62,849 nucleotides of DNA from Burkholderiaceae bacterium. GTDB lineage: Bacteria; Pseudomonadota; Gammaproteobacteria; Burkholderiales; Burkholderiaceae_C. The number at the start of each line of letters is the position of its first letter. The stretch's first letter is position 1. The notes beneath the pieces were generated by a model. That model had not been told where the DNA came from and made no database searches. It was given only the letters and a program-made list of their open reading frames with translations. The DNA lies in contig DAMCAL010000001.1 in NCBI GenBank assembly GCA_032059585.1, forward strand, positions 4,266 through 67,114, written 5' to 3'. Made by a program: the position numbers and the translations under genes. Shown one piece after another: positions 50,323 through 60,251 of the stretch.

Positions 50323-51828
50323 TCAGCGGGTCGCGCCCTTGGTGCGCGGCGCCGCCTTCGGCTTCGGCTTCGGCTGGGCATCCTGGGGCAGGTGGGTGCG
50401 GTCCACCAGATAGCGCACCAGCAGGGGTACAGGACGCCCGGTCGCTCCCTTCGCCGCTCCGCCCTTCCAGGCCGTGCCGGCGATGTCCAGGTGCGCCCAT
50501 GGCGTGTCGCCCACGAACCGTTGCAAGAATTTGGCAGCTGTCACGGCGCCGGCGGGCCTGCCGGCTACGTTGCCCATGTCGGCGAAGTTGCTCTTGAGGC
50601 CCTCGCCGTATTCGTCGTCGAGCGGCAGGCGCCAGCAGGGGTCCAGTGCCGCGTCGCCCGAGCGCTGGAGTTGGTCCGCCAGGTCCTCGTCCGTGGCGAA
50701 CAGCCCGCTGCGCACCCCTCCCAGCGCGATCACGCAGGCGCCGGTCAGGGTGGCGATGTCGATCAGCGCTGCGGGCTTGAAGCGCTGCGCATACGTGAGC
50801 GCGTCGCACAGCACGAGCCGGCCCTCCGCGTCGGTGTTGAGCACCTCGATGGTCTGCCCGCTCATGCTCGTGACCACGTCGCCCGGCTTGAACGCGCGGC
50901 CGCCCGGCATGTTCTCGCAGGCGGGAATCAACCCCACGACGTTGATGGCAGGCCGCAGGTCCGCCAACGCGCGGAACACCCCCAGCACGCTGGCCGCGCC
51001 ACCCATGTCGAATTTCATCTCGTCCATTTCGGCCGCAGGTTTGAGCGAAATGCCCCCGGTGTCAAAGGTGATGCCCTTGCCCACCAGGACGACTGGCGGC
51101 TGCGCCTTGGCGGCGCCGTCGTAGCGCAGCTCGATGAACCGCAAAGGCTCTGCCGAGCCCTGTGCCACCGCCATGAATGCGCCCATGCCCAGTTTTGCCA
51201 CCTCTTCGGGGCCGCGCACGGTGCAGCGGATCGACGGCAATTTCGCGAGCGATTTGGCGGCGTTTGCAAGCATCGTCGGGGTGGCGTGGTTGGCCGGGCG
51301 GTTGGCCCATTCCCTTGCAAACTCCACCCCGCTTGCGACCGCTTGCGCCGACAAGAACTCCGCGCGCGCCGCCGTGGCGTCCGCCACACCGACCGTGACG
51401 GCCTCCAGCGCAGTGTCCTCGGTTTTGCTCTTGGTCGCGGAATAGCAATATCCGGCGTCGGCGGCAGCGCGCACGGCCGCGTCGACCGCACCCGCACCAG
51501 GGGCAGCCGCGAACACGAGGGCGGCGCGCCGAACCCCCTTCGCCTTCCATGCCGAGCCGAGCGCAAGCACCGCCTTGCGAACCGCGCGGGGCGAACCATC
51601 GCCACACCAGCAAAACACCACCCGCCGCGCCGCTACACCCGCCGGCTCATACACCTGCAGGAGCGCGCCGGTGCGGGCTTCCAGGTCTTTCGCCGCCACC
51701 GCACGCGTGGCCAGCGCCTCGAGCGCCCCCTCCTGCCCTGCGAACCCTTCGGGCACCAGCACGGCGAGCAGATCGCACTTGTGCCGCGCGGCCTGGGAAA
51801 GGGAAAGTGTCTTGAGTTGGAAGTTCAT
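50323..51828 (-). CDS. pepA: Leucyl aminopeptidase
   Basis: GKGITFDTGGISLK, MKFDMGGA, NTDAEGRL, ATLTGAC. Confidence 0.96.
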   Translation of the reverse strand: MNFQLKTLSLSQAARHKCDLLAVLVPEGFAGQEGALEALATRAVAAKDLEARTGALLQVYEPAGVAARRVVFCWCGDGSPRAVRKAVLALGSAWKAKGVRRAALVFAAAPGAGAVDAAVRAAADAGYCYSATKSKTEDTALEAVTVGVADATAARAEFLSAQAVASGVEFAREWANRPANHATPTMLANAAKSLAKLPSIRCTVRGPEEVAKLGMGAFMAVAQGSAEPLRFIELRYDGAAKAQPPVVLVGKGITFDTGGISLKPAAEMDEMKFDMGGAASVLGVFRALADLRPAINVVGLIPACENMPGGRAFKPGDVVTSMSGQTIEVLNTDAEGRLVLCDALTYAQRFKPAALIDIATLTGACVIALGGVRSGLFATDEDLADQLQRSGDAALDPCWRLPLDDEYGEGLKSNFADMGNVAGRPAGAVTAAKFLQRFVGDTPWAHLDIAGTAWKGGAAKGATGRPVPLLVRYLVDRTHLPQDAQPKPKPKAAPRTKGATR

Positions 51829-52091
51829 AATCGGCGTTTTCCTTTGAAGCTTGGTCACGACCATCTGTTGGTCCTGTTGACTGCTGACAATGGGATGGTT
51901 GGCACCGGTGGCCCGCGAGATGGCATGTCCAGGCGCTGCGCAGCCGGGCGCAAATCCTTGTCCCCGCCAAGCCCAAGCGACGCCCGAGTGCTCGGGTTGG
52001 AGCGAGCCCTCAAGACCCTGGCAGGCTGGCCGACCGTGCCTGGTCAGCGCTGACGTCCTAAGTAGAGATCCTGAGCACGCTTTTGCAGCCG

Positions 52092-53186
52092 ATGTTATTC
52101 GATTCATCCATTCGCAAGGAGTTGGCGCGTTCGTTCGGCGCGACGCTCGTGGTGCTCATCACGGTGGTGATGACCATGATGCTGATCCGCACGCTCGGGC
52201 AGGCGTCGCGCGGCAGTGTGGCCCCGACCGATGTGCTGCTGGTCATGGGCTTCACCGTGCTGGGCCAGTTGCCCACCATCCTCAGCCTGAGCCTGTTCGT
52301 GGCAGTGGTCAGCGTGCTGTCGCGCATGTACCGCGATAGCGAAATGGTGATCTGGTTTGCCGGCGGCAAAGGGCTGGCAAGCCTGCTGGCACCCCTGCTG
52401 CGCTTTGCCTGGCCGGTCATGCTCGCCGTGGCCACCCTGGCACTGGTGGCGTGGCCATGGGCCAACCGCCAGATCCAGGACCTGAAGACGCGCTACGAGC
52501 AGCGCGCTGATGTGGACCGCATCGCGCCCGGGCAGTTCCAGGAATCGGCCGGGGGATCGCGCGTGTTTTTCATCGACAAGGACACACCAGACGCCAATTC
52601 CGCCAGCAACGTGTTCATCGCCACCACCGACGCCACCCGCGAGACCGTGACCTCCGCCCGCGGCGCCCGCCTGGAAGTCGTCGATGGCGAACGCCTGGTG
52701 GTGCTGAGCCAGGGTCAGCGGCTCGAAACGCTGATTGACCAGCCCCGCCTGCGGCTGAGCGAGTTTGCCGAATACGGCACGCGCATCGGCTCAGCCTCGC
52801 GCGGTAGCGCCGATGAGGCGGCGGTCAAGTCGCGCGACACGCTGGAGCTCGCGCGCAGCGCCGAGCCGGCTTACCGCGCAGAGCTCGCCTGGCGCCTGGG
52901 ACTCGTCGTCGCGGTGCTGAATTTCGTCGTACTGGGCGTGGCCCTGGCGGTCGTCAACCCCCGCGCCGGCCGCAGTGCCAGCATGCTGCTGGCGCTGTTC
53001 ACCTTCGTCATCTATTTCAACCTGATGACCGTGGGCCAGAGCTGGATCGCCAGCGCCCGCGTGAGCCTGCCCACCTTCATGGCAGCGCTGCACGGCGGCG
53101 CCCTGGCGCTGGCATCGCTGCTGCTCGCCGCGCGGCACAACCAATGGTCGCTGCGCCACCTCGTGCGCGGAAAGCGTCCCTCATGA
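52092..53186 (+). CDS. lptF: LPS export permease LptF
   Basis: MLFDSSIRKEL, RMYRDSEM; divergent from pepA. Confidence 0.93.
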   Translation: MLFDSSIRKELARSFGATLVVLITVVMTMMLIRTLGQASRGSVAPTDVLLVMGFTVLGQLPTILSLSLFVAVVSVLSRMYRDSEMVIWFAGGKGLASLLAPLLRFAWPVMLAVATLALVAWPWANRQIQDLKTRYEQRADVDRIAPGQFQESAGGSRVFFIDKDTPDANSASNVFIATTDATRETVTSARGARLEVVDGERLVVLSQGQRLETLIDQPRLRLSEFAEYGTRIGSASRGSADEAAVKSRDTLELARSAEPAYRAELAWRLGLVVAVLNFVVLGVALAVVNPRAGRSASMLLALFTFVIYFNLMTVGQSWIASARVSLPTFMAALHGGALALASLLLAARHNQWSLRHLVRGKRPS

Positions 53187-54292
53187 CAACCCTGCGCCGC
53201 TTCATCTATCGCGAAGTCGTCACCAGCGTCGGCTTCGTCACGCTGGCCTTCCTCGCACTGTTCTTCTTCTTCGATCTGGTGGACGAGCTGCGCTGGGTCG
53301 GCCGGGCCGGCTCCGGCGGCTACCAGCTTTCGCAGGCCGTCCTGTACGTCGTCCTCAGCCTCCCCCAGCACCTCTACGAACTGCTGCCCATCACCGTGCT
53401 GATCGGCACCATCTTCGTGATGGCCCGCCTGGCGCAGAGTTCGGAGTTCACCATCATGCGCACCAGCGGCCTCGGCCCTGGCCGGGCTCTGGGCACGCTG
53501 CTGGTGCTGGGCCTGAGTTTCGTCGCCGTGACCTTCGCCATCGGCGACTACATCGCGCCGGCCAGCGAGCGCGCTGCGCAACTGGTGGGCGTGCGTCACA
53601 TCGGGCAGCTCAGCAAGGGCGCCACCGGCGCGTGGCTCAAGGAACGGCGGGACGGCCACTCGCGCGCCATCAACGTGCGCGCCCTGGACACCGACGGCCG
53701 CATGCGCGGGGTGCGCGTATTCGAGTTCGACGCGCAGGGCCGCGTCGCCGAGACACTTGTCGCCGAGCATGCAGAGTTCGTCGAGCAGGAGCAGCAATGG
53801 CGGCTGCACCAGGCACGGCGCAGCACCTTTGCGCGCAGCAGCGACGACGCCGTGCATGTGGTGCGCGCCAGCCTGCCCGAACTGCTCTGGCCGACCCGCA
53901 TCAGTGCGAGCATGGTGTCCGCCGCGGTCCTCAAGCCGGACAAGATGCCGGCCGTGGAACTGTTCCAGTACGTGCGCCACCTGGAGGCCAACGGCCAGTC
54001 GGCACAGCGCTACGAAATCGAGTTCTGGCGCAAGGTGTTCTACCCCTTGAGCTGCCTGGTGATGGTGGTGCTGTCGCTCCCCTTTGCCTACCTGCATTTC
54101 CGCTCCGGGGGCATCGCCGGCTATGTCTTTGGCGGCGTCATGGCCGGCATCAGCTTCTTCCTGCTCAACAACCTGTTCGGCTTTGCGGGCAACCTGCAGA
54201 ACTGGTCGCCCTGGTTGACCGCGGCCGCGCCTGGCTTGATCTACACGGCGTTGTCGCTTGCAGCGTTTGGCTGGCTGGTGCTGAGGCGGTAG
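53183..54292 (+). CDS. lptG: LPS export permease LptG
   Basis: LAQSSEFTIMRTSG, FWRKVFYP; ATGA overlap with lptF. Confidence 0.93.
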   Translation: MTTLRRFIYREVVTSVGFVTLAFLALFFFFDLVDELRWVGRAGSGGYQLSQAVLYVVLSLPQHLYELLPITVLIGTIFVMARLAQSSEFTIMRTSGLGPGRALGTLLVLGLSFVAVTFAIGDYIAPASERAAQLVGVRHIGQLSKGATGAWLKERRDGHSRAINVRALDTDGRMRGVRVFEFDAQGRVAETLVAEHAEFVEQEQQWRLHQARRSTFARSSDDAVHVVRASLPELLWPTRISASMVSAAVLKPDKMPAVELFQYVRHLEANGQSAQRYEIEFWRKVFYPLSCLVMVVLSLPFAYLHFRSGGIAGYVFGGVMAGISFFLLNNLFGFAGNLQNWSPWLTAAAPGLIYTALSLAAFGWLVLRR

Positions 54293-54294
54293 CG

Positions 54295-54669
54295 ATGCAG
54301 TCCCACGCCGTCATCCTGTTGGCCCACGGGTCGCGCGACGCGCTGTGGCGCCGTCCTGTCGAGGCTGTCCAGGCCCGCGTGCAGTCCCGGCGGCCCGACG
54401 TCATGGTGCGCTGCGCCTACCTGGAGTTGTGCGCACCGGCACTGGACGCCGTGGTGCAGGACCTCGTCGCCGCTCCCGAGTTGCAAAGCATCGTGGTCGT
54501 GCCGCTGTTTCTGGGCGCAGGACGCCACGTGCGCGAGGACCTGCCGCACATGGTCGAGTCTTTGGCAAAGCTCCATCCCCGCCTGCGAATCCGCCTGGTA
54601 CCTCCTGTGGGCGAGGATGACCGCATGGTCGAGTTGATGGCCGGGATCGCGCTGGAAGCAGTTCCATAG
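54295..54669 (+). CDS. CbiX/SirB-family chelatase-like small protein
   Basis: ILLAHGSRD, AYLEL, VPLFLGAGRHVREDLP. Confidence 0.88.
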   Translation: MQSHAVILLAHGSRDALWRRPVEAVQARVQSRRPDVMVRCAYLELCAPALDAVVQDLVAAPELQSIVVVPLFLGAGRHVREDLPHMVESLAKLHPRLRIRLVPPVGEDDRMVELMAGIALEAVP

Positions 54670-54671
54670 AC

Positions 54672-54711
54672 TTATTCATGCATAATAAACAGGTTTCTTA
54701 TCAGGCATAAG
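54672..54711. promoter_or_regulatory. Tandem AT-rich inverted repeats upstream of cysB (probable LysR autoregulatory sites)
   Basis: TTATT-N7-AATAA (54672-54688) and CTTAT-N5-ATAAG (54697-54711). Confidence 0.55.
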
Positions 54712-54713
54712 AT

Positions 54714-55655
54714 ATGAACCTGCACCAGTTTCGTTTTGTCCAGGAAGCTTCCCGGCGCAACCTGAACCTCACCGAGGCCGCCAAGGCCTTGCACACTTCG
54801 CAGCCCGGCGTGTCCAAGGCCATCATCGAACTGGAGGATGAGCTGGGGGTCGACATCTTCGCGCGGCATGGCAAGCGGCTCAAGCGGGTGACCGAGCCGG
54901 GACAGCACGTGCTGCAGAGCATCGAGATCATCCTGCGCGAGGTCGGCAACCTCAAGCGCATCGGCGAGCAGTTCAGCCAGCAGGACAGCGGCACCCTGTC
55001 CATTGCCACCACCCATACCCAAGCGCGCTACGTGCTCCCGACCTCGGTGGCCAAGCTGCGCGAGGCCTATCCCAAGGTCAACATCAGCCTGCACCAGGGC
55101 ACGCCGCACGAGGTGGCGCGGATGGTGCTCGACGAGGTGTCCGAAATCGGCATGGCGACCGAGTCGCTGGCGGCCTATCCCGAGCTGGTCACCCTTCCCT
55201 GCTATGAGTGGCAGCACGTGCTGGTGATCCCCGCCGGACACCCGCTGGCCCAAAAGGAGCGTGTCGGGCTGGAAGACCTGGCGCACGAGTCGCTCATCAC
55301 CTACCACCCCTCGTTCACCGGGCGTGGCAAGATCGACCAGGCATTCGCCGCGCGCAAGCTGCAGCCGCGCATCGTGCTCGAAGCCATCGATTCCGACGTG
55401 ATCAAGACCTACGTGCGCCTGGGCCTGGGCATCGGTATCGTCGCCGAGATGGCGATGCGCGACGATCCGCAGACCGACCTGGTGGTACGCCCCATGGGCC
55501 ACCTGTTCGGCCAGAGCGTGGCGCGGGTGGCCTTCAAGCGCGGCGCCTACCTGCGCAACTTCGTCTACCGCTTCGCCGAACTGCTGAGCGACCGGCTGAG
55601 CCGCGACCTGATCGCCCGCGCCATGACCGGCCACGTGAACGATTACGAACTTTGA
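54714..55655 (+). CDS. cysB: CysB/Cbl family LysR regulator
   Basis: MNLHQFRF...LHTSQPGVSK, IATTHTQARY, DSDVIKTYV. Confidence 0.9.
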   Translation: MNLHQFRFVQEASRRNLNLTEAAKALHTSQPGVSKAIIELEDELGVDIFARHGKRLKRVTEPGQHVLQSIEIILREVGNLKRIGEQFSQQDSGTLSIATTHTQARYVLPTSVAKLREAYPKVNISLHQGTPHEVARMVLDEVSEIGMATESLAAYPELVTLPCYEWQHVLVIPAGHPLAQKERVGLEDLAHESLITYHPSFTGRGKIDQAFAARKLQPRIVLEAIDSDVIKTYVRLGLGIGIVAEMAMRDDPQTDLVVRPMGHLFGQSVARVAFKRGAYLRNFVYRFAELLSDRLSRDLIARAMTGHVNDYEL

Positions 55656-55685
55656 TGCCGGCCCGAGCGCCGGAGCCGCCTTTTC

Positions 55686-56837
55686 ATGACCACCCCCACC
55701 TTTCCCAGCCGCCTGCCCGATGTGGGCACCACCATCTTTGCCGTCATGTCGGCGCTCGCCGCCGAGCACGGCGCCGTCAACCTGGGCCAGGGCTTTCCGG
55801 ACTTCGCCTGCGACCCGGCGCTGGTGGACGCCGTGGCGCGCGCCATGCGCGAAGGCCACAACCAGTACCCGCCCATGCCTGGCGTGCCGGCGCTGCGCGC
55901 GGCCGTGGCCGGCAAGATCGAGGCGCTGCACGGCCGCCGCTACGACCCTGACAGCGAGATCACCGTCACCGCCGGCGCCACACAGGCCATTCTGACGGCC
56001 ATCCTGGCGTGCACCCAGCCGGGCGACGAGGTCATCGTGCTCGACCCGTGTTACGACAGCTACGTGCCCGGCATCGAGATGGCCGGCGCGACCGCGGTGC
56101 GCGTGCCTCTGATGCCCGGCAGCTTCCGCCCGGACTTTGGCCGCATCGCGGCAGCGCTGACGCCCCGCACGCGCCTGCTCATCCTGAACACGCCGCACAA
56201 CCCCAGCGCGACCGTCTGGACGGCGCAGGAGATGCGCGCGCTGGAGGCCCTGCTGGCGCCCACCGGCGTGCTGGTGATCAGCGACGAGGTGTACGAGCAC
56301 ATGGTGTTCGACGGCGAGCAGCACCAGAGTGCGGCGCGCTTTGCCGGGCTGGCCGAGCGCGCCTTCATCGTGGCCAGCTTCGGCAAGACCTTCCACGTCA
56401 CGGGCTGGAAGGTCGGCACCGTGGCCGCGCCGGCGGCGCTGACGGCGGAGTTTCGCAAGGTGCACCAGTTCAACGTGTTCACCGTCAACACGCCGGTGCA
56501 GCACGGTCTGGCGCACTACCTGCAGGATGCGCAGCACTACCTGCAACTGCCCGCCTTCTACCAGGCCAAACGCGACCTGTTCCGCAGCGGGCTGGAGGGC
56601 ACGCGGCTGCGGCTGCTGCCCACCCGGGGCAGCTACTTCCAGTGTGTCGACTACTCGGACCTGAGCGACCTGCCCGAGATGGAGTTCTGCCAGTGGCTGG
56701 TGCGCGAGGCCGGCGTGGCGGCGATTCCTCTCTCGCCGTTCTATGGCGACGGTTTCGACCAGCGGATGGTGCGCTTTTGCTTTGCGAAACAGGACGAGAC
56801 GCTGCGCACCGCGGTCGAGCGGCTGCGCCGCCTGTAG
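55686..56837 (+). CDS. PLP-dependent aminotransferase (YbdL/methionine aminotransferase-like)
   Basis: GTTIF, NLGQGFPDF, NTPHNP, SDEVYEH, SFGKTFHVTGWK, RFCFAK. Confidence 0.9.
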   Translation: MTTPTFPSRLPDVGTTIFAVMSALAAEHGAVNLGQGFPDFACDPALVDAVARAMREGHNQYPPMPGVPALRAAVAGKIEALHGRRYDPDSEITVTAGATQAILTAILACTQPGDEVIVLDPCYDSYVPGIEMAGATAVRVPLMPGSFRPDFGRIAAALTPRTRLLILNTPHNPSATVWTAQEMRALEALLAPTGVLVISDEVYEHMVFDGEQHQSAARFAGLAERAFIVASFGKTFHVTGWKVGTVAAPAALTAEFRKVHQFNVFTVNTPVQHGLAHYLQDAQHYLQLPAFYQAKRDLFRSGLEGTRLRLLPTRGSYFQCVDYSDLSDLPEMEFCQWLVREAGVAAIPLSPFYGDGFDQRMVRFCFAKQDETLRTAVERLRRL

Positions 56838-56847
56838 CGGCAAATAT

Positions 56848-56910
56848 TTTGAACATAATCGGGCTTTAGCGCCCGTCCAGCAAGCGCGGACAGCTATATT
56901 TTATATAGCA
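56848..56910 (-). repeat. Dispersed palindromic repeat, copy 7 (between convergent genes)
   Basis: Minus strand reads TGCTATATAAAATATAGCTGTCCGCGCTTGCTGGACGGGCGCTAAAGCCCGATTATGTTCAAA. Confidence 0.85.
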
Positions 56911-56966
56911 AAGCAGCCCGGCTGCGTCGCAGTGGCAGCCGGCTTCCGCGTCCGTTTCCGTGGGGT

Positions 56967-57923
56967 TCAGCGCGCTGAGGCGCCGCGCAGCGCCCGTTCG
57001 CCCGCGGCGCGCAGCCTGTCCGCCAGCCCGGGCGGCTCCAGTACTTCGAACTCCACGTCCAGCGCCATGAGCCAGTACACCAGCGTGTCGGGCGCATGGC
57101 CGGCGCATTCCAGCTCGCAGCTGTGCACGTCGCGCGCACGCAGCGTGCCGACGGACGCCGGAATGCAACGCGCCATCCGCCCATGCGGCGCGTGCAGCAC
57201 GACACGGGCGGGCCCGGTGGCCGGCGGCGGCGCCAGCGAGCGGGCCACATAGGCCCTCAGGTCGCCGCCATCGGGGGACGGTCGCGGGGCAAAGTGCCCG
57301 CCTGCGCGGGGCGCGCCGTCGATGCGGTCCACGCGGAAAGTGCGCCAATCTCCACGGTCGCAGTCCCAGGCCACCAGATACCAGCGCTGCTGTGCATGCG
57401 CCAGGCCCTGCGGCTCCACGTTGCGTTCGCTGCCCTGCCCTTGCGCGTCGGTGTAGGCGAAGGCGACGCGCAGCTGCTCGTGGCAGGCGGTGGCCAGCGC
57501 CACCAGCAGCGCCGCCTCCACCTGCGGATTGGGGGCGCCCAGCGGCAGGATGGCCGAGCGCAGCACGTCCATCTGCTGGCGCAGCCGGGCAGGCATGGCG
57601 TGCTCGAGCTTCACGAGGGCGCGCAAGGCCGGCTCCTCGACCCCGCCGGCCGCCGTGGCGGTGCGCAGCGCGATGGAGACGGCGCGGGCCTCGTCGTCCT
57701 CCAGCAGAAGCGGCGGCAGATCCCTGCCGGCCCGGAAGGCGTAGCCGCCGGCCACCCCGCTGCTCGCATGCACCGGATAGCCGAGCTGGCGCAGCCGGTC
57801 GATGTCGCGGCGCAGGGTGCGCGGATGCACCTGCAGGCTCTCGGCCAGCGCGGCGCCCGTCCAGTGGCGGCGGGTGGACAGCAACGCCAGCAGCCGCAGC
57901 AGCCGGGTGGAGGACGACAACAT
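56967..57923 (-). CDS. HTH-WYL transcriptional regulator (YafY-like)
   Basis: RTLRRDIDRLRQLGYPV HTH; RWYLVAWD...WRTFRVDRI. Confidence 0.93.
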   Translation of the reverse strand: MLSSSTRLLRLLALLSTRRHWTGAALAESLQVHPRTLRRDIDRLRQLGYPVHASSGVAGGYAFRAGRDLPPLLLEDDEARAVSIALRTATAAGGVEEPALRALVKLEHAMPARLRQQMDVLRSAILPLGAPNPQVEAALLVALATACHEQLRVAFAYTDAQGQGSERNVEPQGLAHAQQRWYLVAWDCDRGDWRTFRVDRIDGAPRAGGHFAPRPSPDGGDLRAYVARSLAPPPATGPARVVLHAPHGRMARCIPASVGTLRARDVHSCELECAGHAPDTLVYWLMALDVEFEVLEPPGLADRLRAAGERALRGASAR

Positions 57924-58021
57924 GGCGCCACTGTAGCGGCCATCGAGGGCCAAAGCTGTCCGCGATGCTTCCTACAGTCGCCGCTCCCTCAACCCATGGC
58001 CTGAAGGCCCGGAGCACTCCC

Positions 58022-58627
58022 ATGTCCATCGTCCTGTACTGGCACCCCTTGTCCAGCGCCACGCCCATCGCCTGCGCGCTGGCCGAGCTGGCCATTCCCC
58101 ACGAGCGCGTGAAGATCGACATCCGCGCAGGCGAGCAGCACGCCCCGCAGTTTCGCGCCCTCAACCCGAACGGCAAGGTGCCGACACTGACCGTGAACGG
58201 GGCTCCGATGTTCGAGGCCCTGGCCATCCACCTCTGGCTGGGCCACACCTACGGTGTGGCGCGCGGGCTGTGGCCGCAGCCCGGCACGCCCGAAGCCCTG
58301 CAGGCGCTGTCCTGGTGTGCCTGGGCCTATGCGAGCTACTGCGCGCTGCTGCCGCGGCTGGAACCGGCCGCCGAAGGCGCGGCGGCACAGTCCGGCGCCG
58401 GACAGGCCGACGTTCTGAAGAGCCTGGACGCCCTGCTGGCCGTGCTGGACGGACACCTGGCCGCCGCGCCCTGGATGCTCGGCCAGGCCTATTCGTTGGT
58501 GGACCTGGTGGTGGGGTCGGTGGTTCTCTACAGTACCTACCTGGGCGTGCCCCTGGCCGCGCATCCGCACGTGCAGGCCTGGCTGGCGCGGGTGCAGGAG
58601 CGCCCCGCGATGCAGCTCGACGCCTGA
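58022..58627 (+). CDS. Glutathione S-transferase family protein
   Basis: LNPNGKVPTL, FEALAI, YSLVDL. Confidence 0.92.
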   Translation: MSIVLYWHPLSSATPIACALAELAIPHERVKIDIRAGEQHAPQFRALNPNGKVPTLTVNGAPMFEALAIHLWLGHTYGVARGLWPQPGTPEALQALSWCAWAYASYCALLPRLEPAAEGAAAQSGAGQADVLKSLDALLAVLDGHLAAAPWMLGQAYSLVDLVVGSVVLYSTYLGVPLAAHPHVQAWLARVQERPAMQLDA

Positions 58628-58655
58628 GGCCTGCGCGCCCGGGGCGGCCGGCCGG

Positions 58656-60143
58656 CTACAGCAGCACGATGTCGTACTGCTCCTGCCCCATACCGTTCTC
58701 GGCCTGCAGCGAGATCGGCTTGCCGATGAAGTCCGACAGCCCGGCCAGGTGCTGGCTCTCCTCGTCCAGGAACAACTCCACCACCTTCGGCGACGCCACC
58801 ACGCGGAATTCCTTGGGGTTGAACTGGCGGGCTTCCCGCAACACCTCGCGCAGGATGTCGTAGCACACGCTGCGGGCCGTCTTCACCTCGCCCACGCCGG
58901 CGCAGGTCGGGCACGGCTCGCACAGGATGTGCGCCAGCGATTCGCGGGTGCGTTTGCGCGTCATCTCCACCAGCCCAAGCTGCGAAAAGCCGCCGACCAT
59001 GGTCTTCACACGGTCGCGCGCCAGGTGCTTGCGAAACTCCACCAGCACCGCCGCGCGGTGGTCCTCGCGCACCATGTCGATGAAGTCGGCGATCACGATG
59101 CCGCCCAGGTTGCGCAGGCGCAGCTGGCGGGCGATCGCGCCGGCCGCCTCCAGGTTGGTCTTGAAGATGGTGTCGTCGAAGTTGCGCGCACCCACGTAGC
59201 CGCCGGTGTTCACGTCGATGGTGGTGAGCGCTTCGGTCTGGTCGACGATCAGGTACCCGCCCGACTTGAGCTGCACCCGCCGCCCCAGCGCCAGGGCGAT
59301 TTCATCGTCGATGGCAAACAGGTCGAAGATCGGCCGCTCGCCCTTGTACAGCTGCAGCTTGGGCACCGCTGCCGGCATGAACGCCTGCCCGAAGGCGTGC
59401 AGCAGGCCGAACTGCTCCTGCGAATCGATGCGGATGGACTGGGTGTGCTCGCCCGCCAGGTCGCGCAGGACGCGCTGCAGCAGGTTCAGGTCCTGGTGCA
59501 GGAGAGAGCCGGCCGGCCGCTCCAGCGCCGCCTGGCGAATGCAGCTCCACGTCTTGCGCAGGTAGGCGATGTCTTCGGCCAGTTCGGCGTCGCTGGCATC
59601 CTCGCCGTTGGTGCGCAGGATGAACCCGCCGCCGCCGCCCGATGCCTTGTCGCCCGCCAGCGCCTGCAGGCGCGCGCGCAGCGCGTCGCGCTCGGCCGGG
59701 GCGATCTTTTGCGAAATGCCGATGTGGTCGTCCTGCGGCAGAAAGACCAGCAGCCGCCCGGCGATGCTGATCTGCGTGGACAGGCGCGCGCCCTTGCTGC
59801 CGATGGGGTCCTTGATGACCTGCACCATGAGCGGCTGGCCCTCGAAGACCTGGCGCTCGATGGGCACTGGCGGCTCGCCCTTGCGTGCGAACATCGGTGC
59901 CTCGCCGCCCTCCTGGCGGTGCCATACGTCGGCCACATGCAGGAAGGCCGCGCGCTCCAGCCCGATGTCGATGAAGGCCGACTGCATGCCCGGCAGCACG
60001 CGCGACACCTTGCCCAGGTACACGTTGCCGACCAGGCCGCGCTCGAGCGTGCGCTCGACCAGCAGTTCCTGCACCGCGCCGTTTTCGACCACGGCCACGC
60101 GGGTTTCCTGGGGCGCCCAGTTGATGAGGATGTCTTGTTGCAT
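58656..60143 (-). CDS. rng: Ribonuclease G
   Basis: GNVYLGKVSRVLPGMQSAFIDIG, TIDVNTG, RLRNLGGIV. Confidence 0.95.
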   Translation of the reverse strand: MQQDILINWAPQETRVAVVENGAVQELLVERTLERGLVGNVYLGKVSRVLPGMQSAFIDIGLERAAFLHVADVWHRQEGGEAPMFARKGEPPVPIERQVFEGQPLMVQVIKDPIGSKGARLSTQISIAGRLLVFLPQDDHIGISQKIAPAERDALRARLQALAGDKASGGGGGFILRTNGEDASDAELAEDIAYLRKTWSCIRQAALERPAGSLLHQDLNLLQRVLRDLAGEHTQSIRIDSQEQFGLLHAFGQAFMPAAVPKLQLYKGERPIFDLFAIDDEIALALGRRVQLKSGGYLIVDQTEALTTIDVNTGGYVGARNFDDTIFKTNLEAAGAIARQLRLRNLGGIVIADFIDMVREDHRAAVLVEFRKHLARDRVKTMVGGFSQLGLVEMTRKRTRESLAHILCEPCPTCAGVGEVKTARSVCYDILREVLREARQFNPKEFRVVASPKVVELFLDEESQHLAGLSDFIGKPISLQAENGMGQEQYDIVLL

Positions 60144-60251
60144 GAGACGGGCATGATGCCTCAAAGGCCCCGGCGCCGGCAGCGCGGCGCAGCACTCGCC
60201 GCACGTCGATGCACGGCGCCATACGCCGGCCCGTCCGCGGTCAACGTCTGC

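Noticed and set aside
56967..57923. WYL protein as a marker of an anti-phage defence island
   Set aside because: It is a YafY-type HTH-WYL divergent from a GST among housekeeping genes, with no defence genes nearby.
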